Source: Coniocarpon cinnabarinum
Taxonomy: Eukaryota
Length of the DNA stretch: 64,000 nt
Assembly: GCA_051942205.1 (NCBI GenBank)
Contig: JAVECO010000046.1
Coordinates: 1 to 64,000 of the forward strand
Direction: 5' to 3'
Under the pieces are notes generated by a model that saw only the letters and a list, made by a program, of their open reading frames with translations, was not told the origin of the DNA and made no database searches. A program made the position numbers and the translations under genes. This document shows positions 24,578 to 36,645 of this stretch, piece by piece; the stretch's first letter is position 1, and the number at the start of each line of letters is the position of its first letter.

Positions 24578-26299
24578 CTAGCGAGCTTCAAGCACGGCTT
24601 GCTGGCCGCCTTCCATCTCAGTGCCCATGTTCCAGTCCACGTGACATGGCTCCCACCATCGTTTTCTCTCTTCGATGCGGTCGAGCATCCAACCGCTCAC
24701 GATCTTTGTTCCTGCTATTCTTCTCTGACGCCCACTCCCGCCCACTTTGAAGTCGTGTTCCTCGCCGGCGATATCTTTGTCTTCACTGCAGTCGCCCTCG
24801 CTATGTCCTAGCATGATGCTGTAGTTGATACTGCATGTGCCCCCAGCCTGGTAGCTCCATTGCAGACAATCTGCATCAGCTTTGCAGTATTCTGCACAGG
24901 CGTCTGGAGAGATCCACGCCTGGGACGCGCGCACCTGAAGACTCTGCTTGGGGGTGATTGGACGTGTGATTGTCGGGGTGGGGCTGGCCTGGCCTTTCTT
25001 GTTCTTCGGATTCGCTCCGTCAGGCGCATAGAGTACCTTGTCACCACTGAGGTTGTCCCATTGTTTTGCGACGGGATGCATTGTGATGAACGGAGACACG
25101 AGCGCATGATAGACGTCTCGATGTAAAGTGGGAACTTCGCTTTCTCTGATACGCCTCTGTTCAAAGTCCCATAGACGCCTGATCTGGCTGTGATCAAGGC
25201 CATGATATGAGATGGCGGGCGAGCACCAGCTATCGTGCGAATACCGGACTGACGTGGGATCGCGTGACTGAAACATTTGGGGAGCGGGAGTGAACGGAAT
25301 TTGCGCCTCGTCGGCAAGCTTCGCAAGCACGAGGTCACCGCGTGACTCTGAAATAGAGATGCTGTCGTAGTGCTGCTGCTTTTGTCGAAGGTGATGCACT
25401 GCAGCGCGGATGGCGGGATTACTGAGAACGTAGCTGGAGCCGCTTGGTGCAAACCCTTGTTTTCCGTCCTCACTCAGCGACTCGCCACCCAGATACCACG
25501 GCTTCTTATCATCGAGCTGGCCCAAAAGTTGGAGGAGGTTAGACCAGACAATTGTGGTGTCAGCTTCCATGAAAACGAACCACCGCGCTTGGCCACGACG
25601 CTCGAGTGATTTTTGCAGCATAGCAAGATGCTTCCACTTGTCCAAGGCGAAGACTCGGCTGGCCTCTTTACCCAGGACAACATCTTCACTATGTCCGCGG
25701 GTCTCTGTGCTATCGAGAAATCCAGTGAAGTCGATGCGACCTCTTCGTTGCGCTTCCAGTTGATCACGATAGAGCTCAAAGTCGGCAGACGTGAATTTGA
25801 TACCTGGAGTCGTCTCATCCAGGGCGTCATGAACAGGCTGACCGGCAACGGTTTCTTCTATGTCTCCAAAGACGGTGTAGTGTGGCACACATTTCAGCGT
25901 CGCTACGAGATGCGCCGGGAGCTTCCGTCTCGACTCGGTCGCGCCGGTTTTGATGACGACCAAGACGTCGTCTGCGCCAGGGAGCTGTTTGCACAGAGGG
26001 TCTTTCGAGGTGTCGGTAGGTAGGTCAAAATGTGCCGGGGGCTTGCCCTCCCACGTTTTGCGTAAACGTCCAAAGCCAAAGGTCCACCACGGCGGGTTGA
26101 GAGAGGGCGGCGGGTTGTAGACCGCTGGATGCCAGCTGCGTCCTGGGGGCTTGCGCCATCCGCGTGCGGGGATGAGGTAAAAGATGGTCCAGGTAGTGAT
26201 TGAGACGAGTATGAAGGTTAGAAGAATGGTGCGCGGGGTGAGGCGGACAGCGCGAGGACGAGCAAAAGAGAAAGACTTCATCTTGACCGGACTGCGCAT
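24578..26299 (-). CDS. Glycosyltransferase family 31 (Fringe/C1GalT-like) type II membrane protein
   Basis: N-terminal TM anchor; VVIKTGATE, LDKWKHL, WFVFMEADT, PWYLG, GDLVLA and ISYHGL motifs; Cys-rich PAN-like C-terminal segment. Start codon uncertain (26299 or 26281). Confidence 0.88.
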   Translation of the reverse strand: MRSPVKMKSFSFARPRAVRLTPRTILLTFILVSITTWTIFYLIPARGWRKPPGRSWHPAVYNPPPSLNPPWWTFGFGRLRKTWEGKPPAHFDLPTDTSKDPLCKQLPGADDVLVVIKTGATESRRKLPAHLVATLKCVPHYTVFGDIEETVAGQPVHDALDETTPGIKFTSADFELYRDQLEAQRRGRIDFTGFLDSTETRGHSEDVVLGKEASRVFALDKWKHLAMLQKSLERRGQARWFVFMEADTTIVWSNLLQLLGQLDDKKPWYLGGESLSEDGKQGFAPSGSSYVLSNPAIRAAVHHLRQKQQHYDSISISESRGDLVLAKLADEAQIPFTPAPQMFQSRDPTSVRYSHDSWCSPAISYHGLDHSQIRRLWDFEQRRIRESEVPTLHRDVYHALVSPFITMHPVAKQWDNLSGDKVLYAPDGANPKNKKGQASPTPTITRPITPKQSLQVRASQAWISPDACAEYCKADADCLQWSYQAGGTCSINYSIMLGHSEGDCSEDKDIAGEEHDFKVGGSGRQRRIAGTKIVSGWMLDRIEERKRWWEPCHVDWNMGTEMEGGQQAVLEAR

Positions 26300-27350
26300 A
26301 ACTGAGGTTGTGATACTGAGGCTGTACACGCGACACCGTGTATGGGGCGGGCAGCTCTTGCAGGACAGGTGAGCTTGGGCGACATGGCGAGGCTCGCCTC
26401 AAGGTCGCATTGTGAGTCGGGAGCTGGACCTGGGAGAGCCATGCGACTGTCGCTGGAGCTCGAGGATCTGAGGATGGCGAGCGAGGGGCGAATGGCGCAG
26501 GAGGAGAAGTGGTCGCGAAGGGTGAGATGGTGGGCAGGCGATCGCAGAGGGACGTGGGAAGGGAAGGGGAGACAGAGAGACAGAGAGAGAAGCGAGAGCT
26601 GCTGTGGTGGACCAACAAGCCGAAGTGCAGAGTCCAATCAGCCAGCCAGCCAGTGCGTGGAGCGGCGTTGCACTCATCCGGCAAGCCTGTTCCCGCTAAC
26701 GCCGCCTTCGCCGCCCACTGACTCGCGGGGCGGCGTCCCTGGCGGCATCGTGGCACCGTCCCTTCCTCCATTGGCTCAATGGCCCTGAAGTGCCGACGTC
26801 AGCCAAGCCCCCCTTGGGGACTTATTCTTCCTCTTTCCCCTAAGCGTCCCCCGTCTTCATCCCGTCGTGCCCGTGTAGGCAGATTGGGCCGTCGCTGGTG
26901 CTCACTGAAGCCGTCACGCCGTCACTGAGCACAACTAGCTGCATCTCTGTTCATGCATCTGCCTGAAGCCTGCGATGAGATGCATCGAGAATTGCTTCAC
27001 GTTGGGGCTGGTGCATTCAGTATTGCTGGACTGCAGGACATGCGCGAGGAAAGTTGGCAGGCGTGGTTATCGAGCAACAGAGCAGGACGCGATCGCGATG
27101 TGTCAAGCTTGATAAGAGGAGCAAAACTCCAGAGGTTTTGGGGAGGAAGAGGGAAGAAGAAAAGGAAAGAGGGATGAAGAGAGACGTAGCATTATTTGCA
27201 TTCCGCCGCGGCCCTGTCTACTTATCCACCCTTCGCGAGAAATGCTGAAACAAGCATTTGTTTCGAGTTCTGCCGAATCTATCAAGATGCAGCATCGGGC
27301 TACCAGATAACTCCTTTGTCATACATTGTGCGGGGCCGTCGAGTGCAGTC

Positions 27351-29287
27351 TTACGACTTCGAACCAGCATACAGTCCTCGCAGCGCCTCCATAATGCCCC
27401 ACGCGCCAGGATCCGGTGGCAGATCCTGTCCCTCCTGTACTCCCACGTACGTTGCACGACCCAACCGAGGGGTGAGCTTCTTCGTGCCCTCTGCAGCGGC
27501 TACTGCATCGTCCACCGCTGTTGCAAAGCTTCCTTTGCTGAGTCCGGCAGCGAACGGGATCAACACGTCCATGACTGTGCGGTCACCCGCTCTTGCAGCC
27601 GTATAGCGTTGCAGATTCGACAGGGCAGCATTGACTGCCTGTGCCCATAATTCCACGTCTCTTTTGCCAGCTGCGATGCCTTTCTGCAATGCACTCGTCA
27701 GGCTAACCACAAAGATACCGAGTATACCTCCCAGCGTGCCACCCATTTTCGACTCGACAACGTGCTCAAGTTCGTAAAGCACCTTGACCACTGATCCATC
27801 CTTTGCAAGTCCGCCGTCCAGTGCCTGTAACATGGATGTCCCTCCAGTCTTCAGTGTCTCGCCGCAGTCGCCGTCGCCCATCACTGTGTCCCACTTGGTG
27901 AGTTCAGGTTCTTTTGCATTCACCGCTGTTGCTGCGCTTCTCAGCATCTTCTCTAGCAAAGCAGCATCGACCTTCAGATCCCGTGATGCATCCACAGCTC
28001 GTGGCTCTTCGACCTTTGCCTTCTTGACGAACTGCGATTCGCGTTGCTGGAGTCGTGTGAGTTGTCTGCCTTGCATGCCCTCCCACTGCGTGCTCGTCCT
28101 CACATCGAGATATTCGATCATCTGAGGTATGTTAAATTTAATACCTTCTCTTGTCGCTGCACTCAGGTTCAGAATACTGGTTGAGAACGCAGGCGCATTC
28201 AGCGAGGTTTCGATGCAGCCAGAGTAGATGCGTACGGGACTGATCTTGTAATCGCGTTCAAGCTGATTGAGGAGCTCATCCACTAGGGCGCCTTGCTCGA
28301 GGTTGGACATGCCGCCGAAGTTGGATACCATAAGGACGATCGTATCGCCAGGTTGTCTCTTCACATAGCCTCGCTCAGGATCCGTTTCGTCGAGCATGTA
28401 CTTCAGGTTCATTGCCAGGAATTCCTCTGGCGAGGGAACCGGTGCAAGCTTGCGGTAACCCTAGTAGACCTTAGAATCTTGTGAACGACACTTGCTCGTA
28501 ACTCTACTCACAGGCTCATTGTGAGGTCCTGTTCCTAGCTCAATCTCGTCGCTTGCTAACATGGCGTGTTCGCTACGTCCTGGAACGTGGGCATGGTCTA
28601 TTGTAGAAGCAATGCTGACCATGGCTTTGCAAAGCGCGCCCGACAACGCCATCAAGTCATCGAATGATCCGCCAGCTGCTGATGCTGCTCCTACGATTTT
28701 CAAAACTGATGGACGACTGTGTTATTCCACGTTCCTGAACAGTTGTCTGAAGTACTCACTCCCCACCTGTCCAGCAAGACCACGTCTTCCAACCATGCTG
28801 CCCTTCTTGCCAACGGACACGTCGTCACCTGCGATCACGATACCACATGGAGCCTTGTTCATTGCATTGGCTTTTTCGCAGGCTAGACCGAAGTGAAGGC
28901 AATCGCCTGTGTAGTTATACCTGTGTAAGCGTGTGCTTGCAAGGCTCGCGTTGTTTGCATACCAGTGTAATTGCCCACAATCAAAATGTGACCTTTCGAG
29001 GACGGAACAGCTTCGATTGCGCTCAAGACCTGTTTAGTGCTTGGGCTTGCGAATATGTCGCCGGACGCCGCCGCAGCAAGCATGTTGTGGCCCACGTAGC
29101 CTCCCCATGCAGGCTCGTGGCCGGCGCCTCCGCCGCTGATGATAGCGACATTGTCCTGATTGTGCGTTGTGTCGTAAGTCACACGAGTATCTTCGATGAC
29201 CCGGAGGTCGGTGTTGTACGAGGCGGCACCACGGAGCCCTTTGACAACCAGACCCTCCGCAGAATAATACAGGTGACGCGCTGACAT
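27351..29287 (-). CDS. Dihydroxyacetone-kinase family (Dak1+Dak2) kinase, probable erythrulose/tetrulose kinase
   Basis: Four exons (introns 28962-28907, about 28759-28706, about 28511-28461). [66 protein letters not shown] and PDPGA motifs. Substrate inferred from neighbouring genes. Confidence 0.93.
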
Positions 29288-29696
29288 CCTGGCAAGCGGT
29301 TCCTTAATATGAAAGGTGCAATCGAAGACGGGAATAGAACACCAAGATATCCATCATGCGAACGCTTGGTCGCGTCTTGAAGGTCGCGTCTGTATGCCCC
29401 ACCCGCCAGGCAGGCCCCGCAAGGTGTTGAGCGCACCACTACAGCACACTGAGGAAGCTTCGAACAGTTGGAGCAACTTAAGCGAATCATATCTCATTCG
29501 TGGCAACTTACACCGAGTCAAGCAACACCCGACCCTCTCGCGCCCCTGGTGACGTGCTGGGTCTTTTTTGTTCTCCCAATCCAGCCCATTGCTTACTCCC
29601 CTGCCTCCAAAGAAACCGTCAGCGATCGTTTGTAAAGCACAGAGCGCGCCTCATATCGTTACGTCGTGAGATTTAAATCTCGTCTGCGAATTTGAG

Positions 29697-30299
29697 ATGG
29701 CTGTCAACGGCACCTCCACGCCAAAATGGCGCATCGTCATGGGTGGTGATGTATGTCGCGAGGGACCGTGCGCATCTTTTGCGAAACTGATTACTGCGTA
29801 GAACGCTGGCGTCTCCTACAAGACCAAAATTAAAGCCGATCTTGAAGCCGACCCGCGAGTGGCGAGCGTTGTCGACGTGGGCGTGAAAGACACATCCGAC
29901 GGCACTGCATACCCAACACCAGCAGTGGAGGCGGCGCGGATGGTTCAGCGTGGTGAGGCTGACAGAGCTCTCCTCATCTGTGGCACTGGCCTAGGTATGC
30001 TTCTGACGTCTCCCCTCATGATGGTTGCTGTCGCTGACTGATGATGAGGTGTTGCCATCTCCGCAAACAAAGTCTACGGCATACGCGCCGTCACTGCGCA
30101 TGACAGCTTCTCCGTGGAAAGATCTGTCCTCAGCAACAACGCTCAGGTTTTGTGCATGGGAGAGCGAGTGGTTGGCCTTGAATTGGCGCGTCGCCTGGCA
30201 AAGGAATGGCTGGGATATGTCTTCGATACAAAGTCATCGTCGGCACCGAAGGTCGACGCCATTTCGCAATATGAGGCAGAAGAAGTCAAGAAGGTCTGA
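29697..30299 (+). CDS. RpiB/LacAB-family sugar-phosphate isomerase, probable D-erythrulose-4-phosphate isomerase
   Basis: Three exons: [25 protein letters not shown]...[50 protein letters not shown]. Catalytic Cys in CGTG. The second intron requires a rare GAG acceptor at 30048. Confidence 0.93.
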
Positions 30300-30711
30300 G
30301 GCGTACGGAGTAGAAGGGAAGGGAGCACGCGCTTTGACTAGGTCTGGCGGTCTCTCCATCTACGATTCTTTACCTGATCCCTGTGTATCCATAGCTAGAA
30401 CATTTTGCCCATGAACGGTGGGCGTGTACCAGAGACGTTTGCGTAACGGCGACCTCCTTCATTGCGGAGGCGAGCAGGGTTGGGAAAAGGTCTATGGACT
30501 TGGTCGTGGGAGAGGAAATCAAGATAAACGCAGGTCGGCACCTCTAACGGCGAGTGGATTAGCCCCGCCAAAGATGCCTGCTTCCAGGCACTGCTCGACT
30601 CATGTCCTTCTGCCGAATTGTCTGCCTGTCTCTCGTGCAAACCTCACAATCTCTTCTTGCGGACTCGTCGCCTGTAGCTATCAACGCATCTTTGAAAGCT
30701 CGCATTGAGGC

Positions 30712-31473
30712 ATGGCGACCACCATGCAGGAACTCAAGCGTCTAGTAGGCGTGAGCACCAAGATGTACTTTGGCGTTCAGCAGACCAAGGACTACATGAA
30801 AAATGTGGCCGCCAAGCTCTCTGCCAATTCCCATTTACTGGACAAGGTGGATATTTTCATCATCCCGGACTTCGTCTCCCTAAGCAGCATCTCGGACATG
30901 GCGCAGGGCACAGGTCTTTGGGTCGGTGCACAGGATAGCTATTCGGAAGACAAGGGCGCTTTCACAGGCGAAGTTTCGCCGATGCAGCTCAAAGAGGTTG
31001 GCTGTACGATCGTCGAGCTCGGCCATGCTGAACGCAGGCGGCTTTTCAATGAGACCGACGCGGAGACGGGCAAGAAAGCGGCTGCTGCTTGCAGAAATGG
31101 CATGATTCCCCTGGTCTGCATCGGAGAGAAGACTCAAGGCGAGGTCAGCGTTGCTGTTTCCGAGTGTCAAGTACAAGTAGACGCAGTGACGGAAGCGGTC
31201 CCAGACGAGGCAGCAATCATCCTAGCGTACGAGCCGGTATGGGCCATTGGCAAAGCGGAGCCGGCTGAAGCAGAACATGTTATTGGAGTTGCCAAAGAGC
31301 TCCGAAGGTTGACCAGAGGACGGGCCGGGTCCACGAGAATCTTGTATGGAGGCAGCGCTGGACCGGGTCTGTTTGCTAAACTTAGTGAAGGTGTCGACGG
31401 ACTGTTTCTGGGACGGTTTGCGCATGACCCGGAGCAGTTCCTCAGAACGATCAAGGAGATCGCATCGGCATGA
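30712..31473 (+). CDS. Atypical triosephosphate-isomerase-family protein, probable L-erythrulose-1-phosphate isomerase
   Basis: Intronless 253-aa ORF with GAFTGEVS, LGHAERR, AYEPVWAIG and ILYGGS. GVSTKMYF replaces GNWKMN and DGLFLGRFA replaces DGFLVGGAS. Confidence 0.92.
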   Translation: MATTMQELKRLVGVSTKMYFGVQQTKDYMKNVAAKLSANSHLLDKVDIFIIPDFVSLSSISDMAQGTGLWVGAQDSYSEDKGAFTGEVSPMQLKEVGCTIVELGHAERRRLFNETDAETGKKAAAACRNGMIPLVCIGEKTQGEVSVAVSECQVQVDAVTEAVPDEAAIILAYEPVWAIGKAEPAEAEHVIGVAKELRRLTRGRAGSTRILYGGSAGPGLFAKLSEGVDGLFLGRFAHDPEQFLRTIKEIASA

Positions 31474-32391
31474 CTGGACCAAGCGTCTGCTTTCCGACCA
31501 CACTTTGCCAGCCAGATCAGCATGGAGAAGCTCCAGCTCCCATGTCAAATCAGCTAGGTTGACAGCGCTGTTTGTACGGTGCGGAAGCTCTCCTCTAATA
31601 GCATGACCTGCCTTTGGGCTGATCCAGCATCGTAACGTAGACGCACCTCCTGCGGTGGGCCAAGACAAGGCCCCACCTGACACGAACAAGGCGTCCATGC
31701 GTTTCAGGGACTCTGCATATATTCCCTGTACCAGATCAAGGCCTGTCAGTAAGACAGATCATATGCAGGGTTTCGGGAGAGGAGGGACTCGTGCACTGTA
31801 CTCCGTATGCGCCCCTGAGACAGTCTTGTTGCTATGGGATATCAGGTGCTGAGACGGTCGTGATGCTGACACCATTTCCGTCTGTCGTGCAACCTGAAGC
31901 TGCTGGGGATCAGATACACGGGAGGCGCACCGAGGGCTTCAATGCCGGCACCTACACACACGGCATTCAACCACGGTAGCGTCTGACCGAAGTCGCCTTT
32001 CAGACACGGCAGACGCTCGCCCTTTCGCGCGCAGCATGAGCCAGCATGAGCCAGCATGGCCAAGGCCAGCGACTGGCTCAGGACGTTCTCGGAGAGACAG
32101 AAGACAGTAAAGTGCGATGGCGACTAGCACTGGAGGAGAAAAAATCGGTGGGGCGAAGGTGTAAGGCATGACGTGCGTATAGCCGCGCTGTCTAGCCGGG
32201 TGAGGGGCACGCGCTCCAGGTGCAGACTCAGCGGCCACGGTGCCAACGGAAGATGCACATCTTACCGTGCAGAGTAGCCTCATAAATTCTATACAGCTAC
32301 ACAGCCTCCCCGTATTCGTCTTCCATCACGACTTCATACGAGTGTCCGGAAACTCCACGTCAGACCATTGACGGGAAACAACGACCACAAT

Positions 32392-33275
32392 ATGGTTTAC
32401 AACGTCCTCTCTGAGGTGCGGACCCCCCCGCTGAGGGTGTCTGGGCCCTTCAGATGGCAGCATGAGCTAACAGTACCTTGCAGGAGGCCCAGCCACGGCA
32501 GTACAACCATCTCAACGGCTCTACAGAAGAGATCCTTGCACGGTTCTGTGTCTCCGAACTGTGCCAGGCGTGGCCTGTGTATCGTGATCAATCCGAGTGG
32601 AAGAACTATCGCGATGTCTTCACAGACGACGCACACGTTTTCACAAGTAAAGCTTTCTGTTGACCCTTGTATTCGGAGACCAGTGTCAGCTGACTCGACA
32701 TTGCCTCACAGCGTGGAGTGGAGGCCTTCACATTGACGACTTCGTCAAGACGTCGATCAAGGGCCGAGCGAACGGCGACTTCATCTACCACCGGATCAAC
32801 GGTGTTCTTGTGGATCTCAATCTCCCCAAGGGACGCGCCGTGGGGAAAATGAAGGCGACCATCACGCAGCGATTCAAGATCCAGGGCATCGAATGTGACA
32901 TCGACTGCGACAGTCAGTTTCTGTTTTTCTGCTTGCAGACACCGCAAGGGTGGAAAGCTAAGTGGTCGAAACTCTTCTATATCAAAGACAAGCTCGTGCC
33001 AGTTGACGGCAAGACGGTGCCTTCATTCAGCGAGGCAGACCTCAAGAAATTCACAGAGGGTAAGATGCTCGTAAAAGGGTTGGCAAATTCCCGAGATATT
33101 TGGACTGACGCTTTCCGTAGGTTACCAGTACCTGTCGGTGGGCCAAGCAAGCCTTGGGCATCCCATCCTCAACGATCTCCCTAACGGCAATAACGAAGGC
33201 TTCAAGAAGATGTACGAAGCCATTGACCAGTGGCTGCAGGGCAACGAAGTCGATCTGTTCTGGGAGAAGAAGTGA
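32392..33275 (+). CDS. PEP2-like / SnoaL-like (NTF2-fold) protein
   Basis: Four exons assembled: MVYNVLSE|EAQPRQYNHLNGSTEEILARFCVSELCQAWPVYRDQSEWKNYRDVF...TTWSGG...FIYHRING...RAVGKMKATITQRF...KLFYIKDKLVPVDG...GYQYL...DLFWEKK*. Confidence 0.82.
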
Positions 33276-33759
33276 GAAGCGCGCGGCTTGACGATGAAAG
33301 AGAGTGTCTGCGAGACACAACGGCTTGGGCATGGATGGGCAGCAAGCGGAGATGGTCGCCTTTGTGTGGGAATCTACGTGTCTCAGGAACAAGGGCCTCA
33401 CGGATGCGTGCATAGATAGTCATCGCCAACTGCCTAGATAGGCTACCGTGTGTTAGATCTGGCCCGAGCTCCATGACTCGAGTCCGTCCTCCCAGTGGAA
33501 AAGTGTGGAACAAAGCTGTTCTTCTCCATCACCTGCACCGCCCTCGGCCTGCCTCGCCTGGCGCCCACCCTCGGTCCCCATTTGTTGCCCTCTTTCAAGA
33601 CATCACTCTCACTATCAGAGTTGTAGGAGTGCACCGCTGGTGCCCGTGCCTCAGCTGTCAAGTCATGTATTATTCCTGACTGATCCCCCCGGCGCGACGT
33701 CGCTTACTGTCCCACGCCACTCTCGAACATTGCAAGCTCGTTAAGCCAACATTGCAATC

Positions 33760-36645
33760 ATGTTGTCCCCGTTGTTAGATATGCTAGACTTCCTCAAGGG
33801 TCTGGTCCCTAAAAAGCTCGGACGACCTCACTTTAATTACATCGTCCTTCACTGTGAGACCTCAACGCATCCGCAGCTTCCGTGGACTTGCCATTGCTGA
33901 CCTCGAATTCGCAGACATGTACCTCTTATCTATGACTATATTCGGCTCTGTTGTTCTGTACGGAAAGAGAAACATCGACTACATTGATTGCCTGTTCTTT
34001 GCAAGCGGTGCAGCAACGCAGAGTGGACTGAACACGTAGGAATGCCGTCTCACGCTCTTGGCGAATCTGCTGACAAGCCCCAGTGTCAACGTGAATGACT
34101 TGGCGCTCTATCAGCAGGTAGGAGATTTCGAGTGCAAATTCCATGGCTTGCTGACTCGGATGCAAAGGTCGTTCTTATGCTCATGGCATGTGTATGCAAC
34201 CCAATCTTCATCAACACATTCGTTGTTTTCGTGAGGCTTTACTGGTTCGAGAAGCGTTTTCAGTCGATTGTTCGTGAAGCTGCCAAAATCCGCAGAACTC
34301 GAGAACGATCACGCAGCAAATCGGGAGTACCGGATGAGGAACGGAACGTTGGCATTGCCCAAAGACATGGTGTTGGTAACCGAAAGATCACTGTAATGCG
34401 CCCAGACCAACGAGACGTGGATGCGGCGGCAGGAATTTACGACAAGGCTGGTGATTCCTCGAGTGACACAGTTTCCAGTGATAAGAAAGAAGAAGAAGAG
34501 AACAACGACGTGGAGAGCGAGAAGCAAAGAGATGATAGTTCACCGACAGTAAACGAAAAAATGAAACGTGAAAGCCAAAGAGAGGAATTGTCCCCCACAA
34601 CAAACCTTCCGCGCACCATTACATTTGCCGACCAGGTCCACTCACCCTCATCGTCACCCAAAAACAAGGACGAAGATAGATATCCTAGACCCAAAAGCCA
34701 CGAAGACTCCATCGCTTTTGTGCAAAAGCAGAACAACCCTCATGAGGACGATACACTTTACATTCCAAGCCCTCGAGACTTTGACCGCGGTGCTGTCCCC
34801 AAGCACGTCAAGATTGCTGAAGGCGAGGATCTCCAACGAGAGAAGACAGTTGAGGATTTTCCAAGATTGCAGGGTCCTCCACAGTCTGCAGTAGACGCGA
34901 AATTTGAAATGAATGAGGATGACCACCCCGCGCGATCTCCACCAGAGCGAACGAAGACTTCAACATCTGACTCGGCTGTTGTCTTGCACACCGCCTCCAG
35001 CCGTATGCTTCACAGTGTCAAGAGCCATCTACCCTTCCAGAGTCCTCGCAGCACCGCTCCTTCCAATACCAACTCTGAGCACACCAAGCAAAAGAGCCCA
35101 CGCCCACGGCGGGACTCGGTGTCCTCTTCTGAAGGTCTCCGCCATCGTGGCCGCACGCACACGTTCGCGTCATTTCTCAGCTCATCCAGAACGGAGCCTC
35201 GAGATCCAATGCCCTATCTCTCTTACCAGGCTACCATTGGTCGAAACTCCGCCTTTTTCAACCTCAGTGAGGAGCAGAGAGATGAGCTAGGCGGTATAGA
35301 ATACCGCGCTTTGAAGCTTCTGGCAATGGTGCTTTGCCTGTACTTTGTCGGCTTTCATTTGCTGGGTCTGCTCTCTTACTTGCCGTGGATCGAGAATTCT
35401 TCAGCAGCCTACAAGAGTACGCTGGCTGAGGACGGTGTTGCCGTTGGGTGGTGGGGTGTCTTCACTCCTGCGTCTATGTTTAATGATCTCGGGTTCACAC
35501 TCACCCCTGACAGCATGAATTCCTTCAACAAAGCTATATGGATACTCATTGTGGGCTCATTTCTCATCATCATCGGCAATACTGGATTCCCATGTATGCT
35601 TCGTCTGGTCATTTGGGCTGCCTCTAAGTGCGTATCTTCAAGCTCAGCGCTTTGGGAAGAGTTGCAGTTCCTTCTTGATCATCCTCGTCGCTGTTTCACA
35701 CTCCTTTTTCCCTCGAAAGCGACGTGGTGGCTATTCTGGGTCCTGGTGCTCTTGAACGGCATAGACCTCATCTTCTTCGTCGTTCTTGATTTGCACGATA
35801 CCCCTGTCGAACAGCTCTCTGGTGGGATTAGATTTCTGGATGGTCTCTTCCAAGCTGCATCTACCCGCACTGCTGGCTTCTCTGTGGTGAATCTAGCATA
35901 TTTGCACCCGGCTATCCAAGTCAGCTACCTGATCATGATGTATATCTCCGTGTTCCCGATCGCCATTTCCGTCCGACGTACGAATGTTTATGAAGAGAAG
36001 TCCCTTGGTGTCTACGGCAGCAACGACATCCCTGATGATGAAGAACATAGTTATGTCGGGGCTCATTTACGGCGACAATTATCGTTTGACTTGTGGTACG
36101 TCTTTTTGGGTCTGTTCATCATTTCTATCGTCGAGGGCGATCGGATTCAAAACACAAACGACTCGGCTTTCTCGATCTTTTCCGTCCTCTTTGAGATTGT
36201 CTCCGCGTATGGCACGGTTGGGCTTTCGATGGGCTATCCAAACTTGGACACCAGCTTCTCCAGCCAATTCCGCGTCCTTTCTAAACTCGTCATCATCGCC
36301 ATGCAATTGCGTGGTCGTCATCGTGGACTTCCTTACGCGCTGGATAAAGCTGTACTCTTGCCTTCAGAAGCTTTGGCCGCCAAAGAGCACGAAGAGGCGA
36401 CGAAGCGAGAGCTTGCAAGAAAGAGAGGCACGTTCAATGAAGCAGACGAAGATGAGAAGAGTCCGACGAATCTCGAAGGTCTGAATGGGGTTGATGCTGC
36501 TAGGGGCGGTATCGTGCCCCAGCGAACGAACACGGGTGGGCAGAGCCTGGGCCAGGCGAGTGGGCGTTCTAGAGGTTATAGCTTGGGCAGGCTAATCACA
36601 AACGCCATGGGCGCTGGCCCAACAGTGAGTCGAAAGTTACAGTGA
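33760..36645 (+). CDS. TRK1: Trk-family potassium transporter
   Basis: Four exons; pore motifs GAATQSGLN, FNDLGFTLTPDSM, AASTRTAGF and EIVSAYGTVGLS; ELGGIEYRALK; RGRHRGLPYALD; long hydrophilic loop. Confidence 0.96.

Noticed and set aside
30712..31473. Calling this gene glycolytic TPI1
   Set aside because: Lacks GNWK and VGGAS motifs; context points to a tetrulose-phosphate isomerase.
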